A stretch of 64,000 nt of DNA from contig NC_043011.1 in NCBI RefSeq assembly GCF_006345805.1, positions 26,610,464 to 26,674,463 of the forward strand. Direction: 5' to 3'. Below, in pieces: positions 12,850 to 25,541 of the stretch; positions within the stretch are counted from its first letter, which is position 1; every line of letters starts with the position of its first letter. The notes beneath the pieces are model-generated. The model searched no databases. It was given only the letters and a program-made list of their open reading frames with translations, and had not been told where the DNA came from. Source of the DNA: Octopus sinensis (taxonomy: Eukaryota). The position numbers and the translations under genes are program-made.

Positions 12850-13440
12850 TGCAACCGTGTGATCTTGGGTTCAGTCCCACTGCGTAGTATCTTGGGCAAC
12901 TGTCTACTACTATTAGCCATGGGCCAACCAAAGACTTGTGAGTGAATTTGGTTGATGGAAACTGAAAGAAGCCCGTTGTGTATGTTTGTTTATGTGTGTG
13001 TGTATAGGTGTATGTGTTTTTGTGTTATGTTTATTGCTCAACACCATTTGATAATCGGAGTTGGATTGTCTACGTCCTTGTAACTTAGTGGTTTGGCAAA
13101 AAATGACTGATGGAATAAGTACTGGTGTTAGTCTGTTCAACTAGACCTTTCAAGGTGGTGCCCCAGCATGGTCCCAGTTCAATGACTGAAACAAGTAAAC
13201 TATAAGAGATATAGGTGTGTGTGCTCCTGTCATCATGTGGTAGTTGTAAATGAGCATCACCATCATACAAGTGTTTCCAGTCTTGCATGAAAGCATGTCT
13301 GGTCATGGGACATATATTACTTTGCTTGGAAACAGGTGAAGGTTGGCAACAGGAAGGGTATCTAGCTGGAGCAAATCTGTTTTAGTAAATTCTGCTTGAT
13401 CCATGCCAGCATGGAAAAATGGAAATTAGATGATGAAAAA
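12850..13440 (+). mobile_element. SINE family A (tail 1) followed by an RTE-tailed SINE body
   Basis: gggttcagtcccactgcgtag...gactgaaacaagtaa then ggttggcaacaggaagggtatctagc...ccatgccagcatggaaaaatgg...gatgatga. Confidence 0.75.
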
Positions 13441-13949
13441 CATACTGAACATGAATTTTTGGGGAGCAAGATGTAAGTTTCTATAGAGGCAAGGGCAGAA
13501 TTGTGAATTGTGCAAGGAGTATAAGAAAAGAACAGAAAAATACTATTGTATAGATGTGTGCTCTTAGCATACAATATTTGAGGACAGAATCTATATTATG
13601 TTTACAAGCTGTTACTTGAATCTATATTTTCTTGTTTATTTATGGTTTGTGACCTGTAATTAAAACCTAGTTCTTTAAATTATTAATTTTAATTATCTAG
13701 TTATTAAGAAAACATACTGATTGGAAAGAATATAATATCCTGTTTTATATGCTGATATATATATCTATAGTACTATTTATCACTCTCATAATAATAATAA
13801 TAATGATGTGGTGATTGAAAAAATATCTCCTTTTCTGTCACCCTCAAAATGCACACTTCTGGTCAGTGTGTCTGTTAATTATTTATTACAAACATCTCTT
13901 GTGTTACTATATTCCTGGAAATCTTGGCCCTCATAGCATAATCACTACC

Positions 13950-15310
13950 AGAACTAGATAAGAAATTTCAGGTGTGGAAGCAAGGTTTAGAATCAAAGAG
14001 CCTTAGAGTCAATGTCGCAAAGACCAAAGTTCTAGTAAGTAGGAAAGCGAACACATCACACATCCCTTCTGGTAGGTGGCCCTGCTCGATCTGTAGAAAA
14101 GGTGTTGGTAGAAACTCCATAAGATGTACCTAGTGTAAGCTATGGACACATAAAAGGTGCAGCAACATCAAAGGAAGATTAAACGGGAAGACAGCTTTCA
14201 TGTGCGGCAGATGCACGGGCAATAAACACCACAGATGCTGAGAAAACAGATTCCATCACATGCCAGTGGGAGAAACTAGAAGTAATTGATAGCTTCTGCT
14301 ACCTAGGTGATCAAGTTAGTAGTGGGTGTGGATGCTCAGAGAGTGTTACCACTAGAATAAGAATAGCCTGGGCAAAGTTCAGAAAGCTTCTAACCCTACT
14401 GGTGACAAAGGGCCTCTTGCTCAGAGTGAAAGGTAGCTTGTACAATGCATGTGTGCAAACTGCCATGCTTCATGGCAGTGAAACATGGGCTGTGACTGCT
14501 GAAGACATGCGTAGGCTTGAAAGAAATGAAGCTAGCATGATCCGCTGTGCACACACGACAGAGTGTAAGCGCCCTGAGACAAATGTTGGACATAAGAAGC
14601 ATCGGATGTGGCATGCAAAAGAGACATTTGCATTGGTATGGTCATGTACCACGGATGGATGAAGAGAGCTGTGTGAAGAAGTGCCACTCCCAAACAGTGG
14701 AAGGAATCCAGAGTAGAGGGAGACCCAGGAAGACATGGGATGAGGTAGTGAAGCATGACCTTTGAATGTTGGGCCTTACAGAGGGAATGACAAAAGACCG
14801 AGACCTCTGGAGATATGCCATGACTGAGAAGATCCAGCAAATAAAGTGAGTTCACAGCTGTAACCTACACCAGTCTCGCATAACCAACTCATTCAAAAGT
14901 ACCTTAGATCGTAGGATGACATGCCATGCTTGAGGAGACCTATTGAGTACATCAAAATCAAATCAAATGGAAATTGTAGTTGACATCCTTCTACTGGTGG
15001 CACATAAAGAGCACCGTCTGAACGTGGCCAATGCCAGTGCCGCCTTGACTGGCTTCCGTGCCGGTGGCACATAAAAAGCACCATCCGATCATGGTCGATG
15101 CCAGCCCCCTTTGGCCCTTGTGCTGGTGGCACATAAAAAGCACCCACTACACTCTCGGAGTGGTTGGAGTTAGGAAGGGCATCCAGCTGTAGAAACACTG
15201 CCAGACCAGACTGGAGCCTGGTGCAGCCTCCTGGCTTCCCAGACCCCAGTTAAACCATCCAACCCATGCCAGTATGGAAAACGGGTGTTAAACGATGATG
15301 ATGATGATGG
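13950..15310 (+). mobile_element. 5'-truncated RTE LINE (RT C-terminal half, 3' UTR, (GAT)n tail)
   Basis: WKQGLESKSLRVNVAKTKV, Cys/His insert WPCSICRKGVGRNSIRC..CKLWTHKRCS, DSFCYLGD, RLERNEAS, RGRPRKTWDEVV; several stops and frameshifts. Confidence 0.92.
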
Positions 15311-16229
15311 TGAACATGGAATTTTGTAGCTTATTGATTCTATGTCACATGAATTTTGGAGACGTACTTGTCTTGCAAGTGATTTGATCTAAGACCGCGT
15401 GTTGAAACTAAAGCAATTATAACATGAAGACATAATACAATTAGCCTTCAAAAGCTGTTAATTTCACGTAAACATTTATTATTTTGTGTCAAAATTTTTG
15501 TTGCACTAACTTCAACCTAGTCACTGACATAGTTCCACTGCAACATTTCACATGTAGAATTCTACATTACAACAATACTTCTGTAATGCAGGTGATGCCT
15601 ATATTATACTCGTTGAACACTTAAACAGTTGGCTACAATGGACACATGTAGAGCACTTGATAAATCATATTTAGCTGTAGTGACAAAATTATTGCTTTAT
15701 AATATGGACAGAGACATTTGTCTGTGCAAGCTGATACTTAAAAAGGGCTCTTTTGAAACAATATTCTAGAAATTTTATATTAACTTACAGAAATACTGAC
15801 AATTAGTACAAAGGACATGCACCATAAAATATATGCAGTTAGTCATTAGGCAATTATGTATAGATGATAACTTCTGCATTTTGTTTTTACTGATAGCTGG
15901 TGTCATAAATCTATGGTGTTTCAATGAATGGTTGGTGTGTGTGTGTGATGATTTAAAAGAAAAAATTTGAAGGGGTAAGGCCTAGAATTATTTCTTGTTA
16001 TTACTCAAAAGCCAAGGGAGAATTTGAATTGAAGTTTCACACAAGTTGGTGAAGTACTTGTCTAGTAGTGTTCCTATTTGTTGCCACTTAACTATGCAAA
16101 CATGTTACCTATTTACAACTAAGATAAAGAGTGATTACATCAGAGATATAAGTTTTGGCCATGACAGGATATGAATTGCACTTCTAACCAGTATTCCGTC
16201 AACTTGGTTAGTTATAGTATTTATAATGA

Positions 16230-16365
16230 ACATTGGTTTCAAATTTGGGCACAAGGCCAGTAGTTTTGGGGGATGGGGTGAGTCAATTATATCGACCCCA
16301 GTACTCAGCTGGTACTTATTTTATTGACCCCAAAAGGATGAGAGGCAAAGTCGACCTCAGCAGCA
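16230..16365 (-). mobile_element. tRNA-derived SINE, family B (3' part)
   Basis: Reverse complement of gaggtcgactttgcctctcatccttttggggtcaataaaataagtaccag. Confidence 0.75.
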
Positions 16366-16984
16366 TTTCTTCCATTGTGCTAACAATTATGCCACCTCAC
16401 TACCTTCTTAATAATAATGATCCTTTCTACCAGCTAGAAATTTTGGGAAGTGAAACAGTCAATTATGTCCTTAGTATTTACAGTGAATATTGCTATACTG
16501 TTTTGTAATCTACAACATAAATTGTTTGTTTTTTTTGCGTATTTTAACTTTTAAAATACCCCAAACAGTTGAGTGGAGGAGATTTATGTTCGTCTCTTGT
16601 TGAACTAACAAGAGATAAAAGCATATCAAAGAATCAGCAAGTGGAACTGACAGAAATCATTCTAAACATAATGAAGATGACGTAACTCTTGATCACTTCA
16701 GTATATGTTACTTCATTTCTTCTTTTTATTATTATTCTGGGAAATTGTTATACAAGTTTTAAATTTTATCTGTAAATTTTTAGAATGACATTGTAGGGTA
16801 GGTGTGATAGGACAAATCAGATCAGTTTCAATACCAAACAGGTAAGATGGGATGGATATAAATGCTAAAGAGTTAATCCTTGTTGGAAGTAAATGTATTG
16901 TGGGATAGTTTGAAATGGCTATGGGGATTGTAAACGAAAAATTTTTATATTTTTCATAAGCTTTCTTGATAATGTGTATACACA

Positions 16985-17410
16985 TTCATCATCATCATTT
17001 TAACATTCATTTTTCCATGCTTCCATTGGTTTGAACGGTTTATTGAAGCAGATTTTCTACAGTCAGATGCCCTTCTTGTTACCAACCCTCACTTGTTTCC
17101 AAGCAAGGTAATATTTCCCCATGGCTAAACATGTTTTCACAATATTAGAAATGAATGACACTGCTTGTATGTCAGGGACACTCATTTACAACTATTGTGC
17201 AATGTCAAGACGGTGAGACATATACACATGCTCACGCATACACTTGTGTGTGTGTGTCTTGTTTCCAGCTACCGAATCCACTCACAAGGTTTTGGATGGT
17301 CCAGGGCTATAGTAGAAGACACTAGCCCAAGGTGCTACACAGTGGGACTGAACCCAAAATTATGTGATTGAGAACCAAACTTCTTAACCACACAGTCATG
17401 CCCATGCCTT
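16985..17410 (-). mobile_element. SINE family A head with RTE-derived tail
   Basis: (CAT)n + tttaacattcatttttccatgc...gatgcccttcttgttaccaacc and a family A head at ~17240-17410. Confidence 0.75.
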
Positions 17411-17771
17411 TTCTCAAATATAATTTCTTAACTTTATATTTGCAGAACAATTTTGCTGTCCTATAGTGCTACATGGAATAGAGGTTTACTACTAATTAGT
17501 AATAAACCAACTGAACTTATGAGAGGAAATTCTATAGTTGACAACTAAAAATCATTTTGTTTTCTTGAATTTTTTCTATTGTAAACACACATTGCATTCA
17601 CTTTCATTCATATTTTCTCTTTTTTTCTTGAACTTTCACCTGTTGTAAATCATTGCATCCTCATCCTCTCTCTTCATCTATTGCTGTCTATGTTTTAAAA
17701 TTCAAAAATATACAAAGGCTTCAAGCTTTCATGTTTAACAGACGATAATTACTTAGATGCATATGAATTAA

Positions 17772-17974
17772 CCCTTTAGAATTCAAACAAGTGTAATGCT
17801 TATTTATTATTTGAATTAATCATGCATTATCTTGTAGCTTCAAGATTTTGATGATGTAATTGTATATTTTTGAATGACATTGTAGGGTAAATTTGAGAGG
17901 TTAGATCAGGTCAGTTTTAGCATGAATCACATAGAATATTAGTGCTGGTCATGGCTGGTTTAAATGTTAAAGGG
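17772..17974. mobile_element. MITE family E (orientation X)
   Basis: TTAA-CCCTTTAG...AAAGGG-TTAA. Confidence 0.85.
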
Positions 17975-18329
17975 TTAAATAATTGAGGATTTTTTATATA
18001 ATAAATTTTAGTTCATTTAAAAAATAATACATAACTATTAGTTTTTGGTATAGTGTATGTGTGTTCTCTCTCTAACCATAACCTCCTCCTTCCATGAAAC
18101 AATCCTCTATTTCCTTGCTGTTGTTAAGCAATCCTCTACAAGCATATTATAGATTATAAAAGCTTTTTATGTAACAAAGAATCATTGGAGCTGTTAGAAG
18201 CTTATTGTAGTAGGCTTGTTCACAACTACATATCTGTTCAATGCTGCTTTTTGTGACACTATTTAATTCCAGTTTGACCAAGCTTTATGCACATCAATAT
18301 TTACTGTTTATGCTATCATTCGTATAGGG

Positions 18330-18560
18330 CTGTGAAAGACAAATTTGGTGTTCATCACTGATGTGTGCAATGACATGGAAACTCATGTCCTATTCCCTGA
18401 TGATGTCATTCATAAGCTCAATGTGTTTTCACACATTTTGTTTGGGAAAAGACTTTTATCCTGGGACCTTTTCCACAGTGAATGGTTTTCTCATATCTGA
18501 GTGGGAATATGGTTGTACACAATTATAAGTGTGTGTATCATATTCAATACTGCTTTATGC
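18330..18560 (-). mobile_element. Possible mariner N-terminal (HTH) remnant
   Basis: Minus strand KHIELMNDIIRE.DMSFHVIAHIS resembles the ENIxxVxxLIxxDRRxTxxxIA pattern. Confidence 0.3.
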
Positions 18561-19101
18561 TACTCAACTATATTATTTTGTAATAGAAATGTTTGGCATT
18601 AATTTAAAATTGATTTGTATATACTAGCAGTGCCATGAAAATTCCACAGTTATTTTGAAAACTGTAATATTGGAACTTTACTGAACTATGAAATTCACAA
18701 CTTTTTCTCAAATTGTATTTTTTCTGAAGTTTTTGATTTTTGATATAGTGGACAGTCCACCTAGTAATGAGGTTTTTGTATAAGATATTTGCTTATGTTC
18801 CATACAGTGAAATCAAACCCTGTACCTCTTGATTGTAAAATAAATTTCTTAACCCTTCTGATATGTCAGATAATACCATGGATGGTACTTTCATACATAG
18901 TGCTGAAAGTGCAGTCTTAGGAGAGAACATCTTTGAAAATTATATTCTTTGTTATATACTTGTCACTACTTTTATCTTGAGAGTTTTTGTTATTATTTTT
19001 ATCTTCATATAAAGAAGTAAGCAATATTAACTATGAAACAAAATCAGACATTATCTATATTATTATTCCGCTACAGTACAAATACACTGGTAGTGCTTTA
19101 A

Positions 19102-19542
19102 CTGTTTAGCATTCAGATTACTCCGTCAAATGTAATGCCTATTTATTCACATTGTTTTGAATTAACCATAAATTAACTTGTACCATCAAGATTTTGATGA
19201 TGTGATTTAGTTTTAGAATGACATTGCACAGTAAGTAGGAGAGGCCTGATCTGGCCAGTTTGAACATAAAACAGGGATAATATTTTGGCTGGATATGGCT
19301 GGTTTAAATGCCAAAGGTTTAACCCTTTTGCATTTAAACTGACCATATCCGGCCCAAATATTCTACCCGTTTCATACTGGAACTGGATAGTTCTAGCCTC
19401 TCGCACCTACCCTACAATGTTATTTTATAACTGAACAGTCATAAATCAAAATCTCAAAGCTATGAGACAATGCATGATTAATACAAAAAAAAGTTGAATA
19501 TGTAAGCATTACACTTGAAAGAGAAACCTGTATACTAAAGGG
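19102..19542. mobile_element. Inverted dimer of MITE family E sharing one central TTAA (19319-19322)
   Basis: Orientation X copy 19102-19318 then orientation Y copy 19323-19542; TTAA at 19098, 19319 and 19543. Confidence 0.88.
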
Positions 19543-20499
19543 TTAATAAATCCTCAAGCACTATATTGCATCCTTATTCTTACATCACAAAAAAAAAATG
19601 CAGATACTGTCTGTGAACGAGTACTTGTCCCACTGAGCTGTAGATTGTAACAAAATAAAACTTATGCATATCAGTAATATCTCAAAACTCAATTTAAGAT
19701 CTTTATCAGTCAGTTGTCTTGCAAATAATACTTTGTGTATATAATGGCTTATCTTTGATTTCATGCCATACTTACAGCATTACATACATAGGCTGTAGGA
19801 AAATAATATTATATATACATTTCTCTTACCCCTCTTTTTTTTTCTTTTCTGAGTGATATTAGAAATTTGTTGTATATAATGTACCATTTTTAAGGTCTAT
19901 TTTATTGATTGTTCATGATTAAGTGACTTTATCATCAGGATGTCCAATCAAAATACTGATACTTCCTTTCAATACTAACAGATGTGTATTTCCAGGCAAA
20001 ATCAATACAGTCTGTTTTTTTATTGACTATTTAAGATTTTGTTCAAATTTTATTGATATATTGCAACTCTAAAATAACTTAGCTCATGCAAAGTTTTAAG
20101 GTTTTCTCGCCAATCTTGTTCCAATGAGGATTTGCAGAAATAACCATACTACACCCCTCTTTTTTTTTTACTTGATCTTTGGATCATTTGAAAGCTCTTT
20201 GTTCTAGATGGCACATTAACTGTAAAAATGGCCACAAGTGGATGTTATGAGAGATTTTATTTCAAATATTGATTATGAGTTTTCAAAAAACAACTATTCT
20301 TAAAATTTTGCTCATTGTTTCTATTGATTATTGGCATTCTTTGTGTAAAATTTTATTCTGGGGGATTATATGGAACCTGAGTTAAAGCAGTTTAAATGCA
20401 AAAGATTCAGAGAAGGAAGTGGTGAAATTCAATTACAATCTCTCTCTCCCCTCTCTCTCTCTCTCTCATTTGAATTTTTATGTTAAGGCTCTTTTAGGG

Positions 20500-22193
20500 A
20501 TTGCTTAATTGCTGGGTAGTACTTGTAGTAAAGAAAAATTTGAAATATTACACAAATTGAAGAATTTGGTACCACTAACTTATATAGTAGGACATGCTGA
20601 AATATTTACAGAAGCCAAAATATGAGTCAGATTTTGCTTGGGAAGAAGGACTCTTAGCTAGTCTTGAAACAAAGCCAAAGAGATCGAGGGTAAAAACAAA
20701 TCAAGCTCTACAATTTAAGAGTCACTTCGTGAGTCAGAGGATTGACTTTTTGTAGAATGCAAAAAGTATGCTGTCATTAGTCCATACATTCGAAATCTTT
20801 AGTATACTCTGACAATGCAAGATGTTATAAGAAAGGAAACTTATTGTTTACATTATATAAAATTGCAGATAGATACAACCTTAAACTTTGTACTTTTGTA
20901 CACACTGGTGTACAAGATGGTAAAGGCAGTATCGACACTCATTTTGCTACAGTTAAGAGGCATGTGTATGAGGCATTGTAATATGGGTTCAGATGTTATA
21001 ACTCCTGTTGAATTAGTTGATGCTTTAAATGCTAATAGTGGTGTAAGTAATACAGTGGCAGAATTGGTTGGTATTAATAGGCCTGCTGTTGAACAGTTTG
21101 AACAAGAAAGCTTGGAGATAATTGGAAAATTTCAAAACATAGGTGATCATATGGAAAGCACAGTTTGATTCAACAAGAAATTCCACTTCAATTTATGAAA
21201 ATTCGAACTTACCATTGACAGCAACATACAACCTTATCAATGGCACTACGAACGATGTAAATGAAGAAAATTGTGAAAGCGGATCCAATGAAAATTGTGC
21301 TTCCAATGAAAATGAAATTTCTGATACAGACACTGTTGAAGATATTGGTGTTGTAGAGAAAGGTAGAGGCAGCTTAACAAAATGTATTTGTTTATAGTGT
21401 TGAGGGGAATGTCCCAGAGAAGCATCGTATTGGACTTGCTTTAGCATCTAATATCAATGATTTGGATATGGAATCTGACGATGAAAATCCTTTTCAATGT
21501 AATTTATGTCATAGGGAATTTGCAACTGCCTACAAAATGGAAATCCATAGTTGCAAAGGAGCCTTAGGACATCAAGATTTAATCAGTCAACCTATTGTTT
21601 ATGCTAAAAATATATATGAACAGTATCAATTTGAGGTGATTAATACTAGTTCAGATGTTGAAGAACTTAAGATGTTTGATCCCATTCATAAAGCGATCCA
21701 GCATAATAATGAGTGTTGTGGACTTGAAACAGGATGAGCAAGAACAAGAAAGCACGGTAATAAGTATGATCGAAAGTATGTAGATCCATTTAAACAAGAA
21801 ATTATTGATATGTTTAATTTGGGTAATGAAAATGAAGCTATGAAATGAGGTCCAAGTAAAATGTTAGTGGAACTTAAACGTAAACATCCTGGGCATTTGG
21901 ATTTACCATTGGAAACAGAAATTCAAACTGTTATTTCATCCTTGATGGCAAAGAAAAGAAAGGGACAATCAACATTGTATAATGCTAGCCATGGAATTCA
22001 TGAGCCATTCAAGTCAATAGTGCTGGAAATATTTTGGGAAAATCCTAATATTACACCACACAGGGCATGGGAATTGTTCCAACAAAGACATCCTCCACAC
22101 GATGATATATCCATGTATTCAACTGAGGCAAAGTTAAAGAGCAAAATATCTTCTTTAAAGGTTAAGTATAGGAAAACAGGTGAAATACCTTAG
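20500..22193 (+). pseudogene. Decayed DDE-type (RNase H-fold) transposase, superfamily unassigned
   Basis: YSDNARCY (20805) ... HTGVQDGKGSIDTHFATVKRHV, frameshift, GSDVITPVELVDALNANSGV; CxxC..HxC finger (QCNLCHREFATAYKMEIHSC); C-terminal G*ARTRK...F..G...K*GPSKM with TGA stops; split over at least 4 ORF-track pieces. Confidence 0.7.
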
Positions 22194-24837
22194 AGATTTA
22201 AAGAAAACATTGTAACTTTTCAAGAAAATAAAGTATTTTCAAGAATTTTATAAATGTGCGACACAAAATATATAATATTGCAGCTATAGCACAATTTTAC
22301 TGAGTTTTGGTAGTTTAGCGCTCTACAAAACTGGCTCAAATTCCATATTCTGAGTCATGTAACAATTCTTAAAAAATATTTATAAATTATTCAAGTTATA
22401 GAATATGGCTTAAGCAAATCTTTCTTCTAAGTCACAGAATGTAGTTTGGAACTTTCTTTAAAATGTTTAAAAAAAGACTCTTGCATTGTCGTTTGTTTGG
22501 TAGCGACAAAATTCTTTTTACATAATCTTTTTAGTTTTTTGTTTGATTCGCCTTATAATTAGTGGCAACAAAGTCTTCAATATGTGTAGTACTTCAAATC
22601 TTTGACAGGATTGTCAGGATATGAACTTGTTTGTTTCTTGTATCACTAATTATGACCTTTTTCAACCTGTTAATAATTTTTGACTCCTCATAACTCACAT
22701 GCCTTTCTAAAGTGGTTTCTTCCTCAGTTTTAGAATTTGTCTTTGCAATGTACTTTTTAAAATTTTTCTCTTTTTTTTGTCCATGTCTTTTCTACTTCAA
22801 AAATTCTGTTTTGAATTAGTTATTTACCAGTTTCTGTCAGTAATTCACTTTCTTAGGGAATAAAACATCTTCACAACACTTTGACTGCAGTTCAGTTATA
22901 GGTGTAGCATGTATAGGATCACTGGACAAAAATAATGGGCATTATCTTTCTTTTATCTTTTAATGTATTTCATCACAGTTAAAAAGGTCACCATTATTTT
23001 TGACACCCTCAAATCTGCAACAGAATCCATAACTTTTTTCCTAAAACAGAAAGTGATTTTTAGTGTGGGAGTTTTAGTCATTAATTCTTCGTTATTTATT
23101 CACAATTTTAAGTAAGAACAATTTTTATGAAACAACATGCATAATAGTAATTACCTGTAATACAAAACAGATAAGTAGTACACAGTTATTGAAAACCAAA
23201 TAAGTAGAGAGAGTTTAACTTCTGCATATAAGCAATATGTGCATGGTTCTACACTACATTTGTATTTTTTGTCAAATACACCATAACTAGGTTAAATAAG
23301 AAAAAGTTAAAAGACAATGATAGATCAACTCACAGAGCAAAGCAACATTGTTGCATGTGTAATGCTGAATGGTTCTGGTCTCTTGTTAAATCCGCTAGCT
23401 TTTTATAACTGTCAGCCACTGCTGATTGGTTGAACTGTTTTCACAGAGGTGTTAATGTCTTTTATGGTGGTATGGCAGGCTGTGATTTTGAGTTGGGAAA
23501 ATTTGAGCGTAGTGGTTCAAAACTTGACTGGAGCCTTACTAGAAGTTAGTAAACTCTTCTGCAATTTGAATATTGACTTCACCACATAAGGTGTTGTTCC
23601 TGTTCACTGGGAATATCAGACTTGACATTCAGTTGAATTTCTAATAATGCAGGAATTAGCAAATTTCATTTTAAAATATGATCAAACTAAAAATAAATTA
23701 AATCAACCAATCTGAATAAACATAGGTCATCATTGCATTCTTAGACTGCTTACAAATATTCACTCAGAGATATTTGTAAGCAGTTTAAGTATGCAATGGT
23801 GACTACTTTTGCATTGAAATGCAACACAAATGCTACACAAAAAGCTTCCAGATGTTCCAAAGGTCAAGTCAAATTATGCTTTTTGTTTTCTTTTGTTGGG
23901 TGGGAGATTCCATAAGGTGTAAATTATCCCCCAGTCCCAAAATCTCAGAGAGTGTTTCTCAGGAACTTGAGGATCTAGAAATCTGAAAATGTGCATAACA
24001 TGGCTATTCTAAACAATCGATATATTTAACCAAGTTTGAGGATTTTTTTTTCACCCCAAAATGATCATATTGGCTTCGTGGAATAAATTACACTAGGTTC
24101 TTACACTGCTCTTATGTTTATTCCTTTACTTCTCATACTATAACTCACTGATAATTCACCTTTTATTCTGATTATGATTACATTGTTTAAATGTGAAATC
24201 GATTCAACATCAAACTTATAAATCCATTTGTTTAAATAAAGAATGCAGTCTTTTTCCTATCATTCCCTTTCTCTCTCTTGATCGATCGATCAATCAATCG
24301 AAAGAGAGAGAAAGAAATTCATAAATCAGCAATCTTCTCAATGAACAACATATAATGTTTGATACAGTGTTTAGACTGAGTGGAGGTAGTATTTTCTGCT
24401 GTGACATGGAGAGATGAGTGGATTCAAATAGTTGTGTGATATAGGTAGCATTGGCATTAGAAAAAGCGCTTAATGGAGACCTCACAATAAGTCAGAGTTT
24501 TTATAAACCAGGTAGATAACTTTTGTATGGATATGGTCCAAGTTTGAATGAGACACACTGGATATATAAATTGAGTTTGAATTGTTAATGTTTTTTAGGA
24601 TAATTCAAAATGTCAAAGGTTTTAAACCCTGTCACTCGTTGCATTATATTTTAGTTGCAATTAATAGGAAGAAAATGCTTCTCAGAGTACTTTTGAGTTA
24701 TCTTTCTCAGACTGAAAATGATTGGTTTTGATTATACAAGGATAGAAAAAGAGTTCTATATTGAGGTAATACTTAAAATGAAAGACTACATGTGTTACTT
24801 GATGTATAGTTATGAGAAAGAGAAGATTAAGCTTTAA

Positions 24838-25056
24838 CACTTTAGTGTTCAAATTATTCTGTTAAATGTAATGCTTATTTTTCATATTGTTTTGAATTAA
24901 CCATGCATTATCTCATAGCTTTAAGATTTTCAATGATGTGATTGTTTACTTTTAGAATGTCAGTGTAGGGTTGATGTGAGGGGCTAGATAATCCAGTTTG
25001 AATGTAAAACTAGTAGAATATTTAGGTCGGAAATGGCCAGTTTAAATGTTAAAGGG
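24838..25056. mobile_element. MITE family E (orientation X)
   Basis: ttaacactttagtgttc...aatgttaaagggttaa. Confidence 0.85.
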
Positions 25057-25150
25057 TTAATATATCAAGAGAGAGAGATTTGAGTGCAGTAGAAATGGAG
25101 AACAGTTGGCTAGTTTAAAAGAGATACCAATTTGTCACTTAACACTTTAA

Positions 25151-25360
25151 CCCTTTAGCATTCACATTCTATCAAAAGTAATGCTTATTTATTCAAAATT
25201 GTTTTGAATTAATATGCATTATCTTGCAAGTGTGAGATTTTGATGATGTAACTGTGAGAATGATATTGTAGAGTTTGTGTGAGAAACCAGGTCTGGCCAA
25301 TTTGAACATAAAACGGGTAGAATATTTTGGCCAAATATGGCTGGTTTAAATGTTAAAGGG
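25151..25360. mobile_element. MITE family E (orientation X), ~100 nt upstream of exon a
   Basis: TTAA-CCCTTTAGCATT...AATGTTAAAGGG-TTAA. Confidence 0.88.
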
Positions 25361-25464
25361 TTAATGGGTGACTAATGAATAATCTGAATTTAAAACTTTG
25401 CTCTACTACATAGGTTTTATTTGGATTAAGAGTTAATCTTTATTTTTATATTTTCTACTTTTAG

Positions 25465-25541
25465 ATTGATGACTTACCTGATGGAGCAGTGAAACCACCA
25501 AAAGGAAAGTTTCCTATTTTCTTTTATGGAACTCATGAAAC
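25465..25541 (+). CDS. HDGFL2: Coding exon a: PWWP middle ([26 protein letters not shown]), 77 nt, phase 0->2
   Basis: Acceptor ttttag|ATT and donor AAC|gtaagt; boundaries correspond to those I recall for the PSIP1 PWWP exon. Confidence 0.95.

Noticed and set aside
16569-16685. 38-codon open stretch after a cag acceptor (LSGGDLCSS...MKMT*)
   Set aside because: Poor polypyrimidine tract, weak phase-incompatible donor and no recognisable homology.
24268-24312. Short hairpin (TC)n...GATC...(GA)n
   Set aside because: Explained by simple-repeat complementarity.
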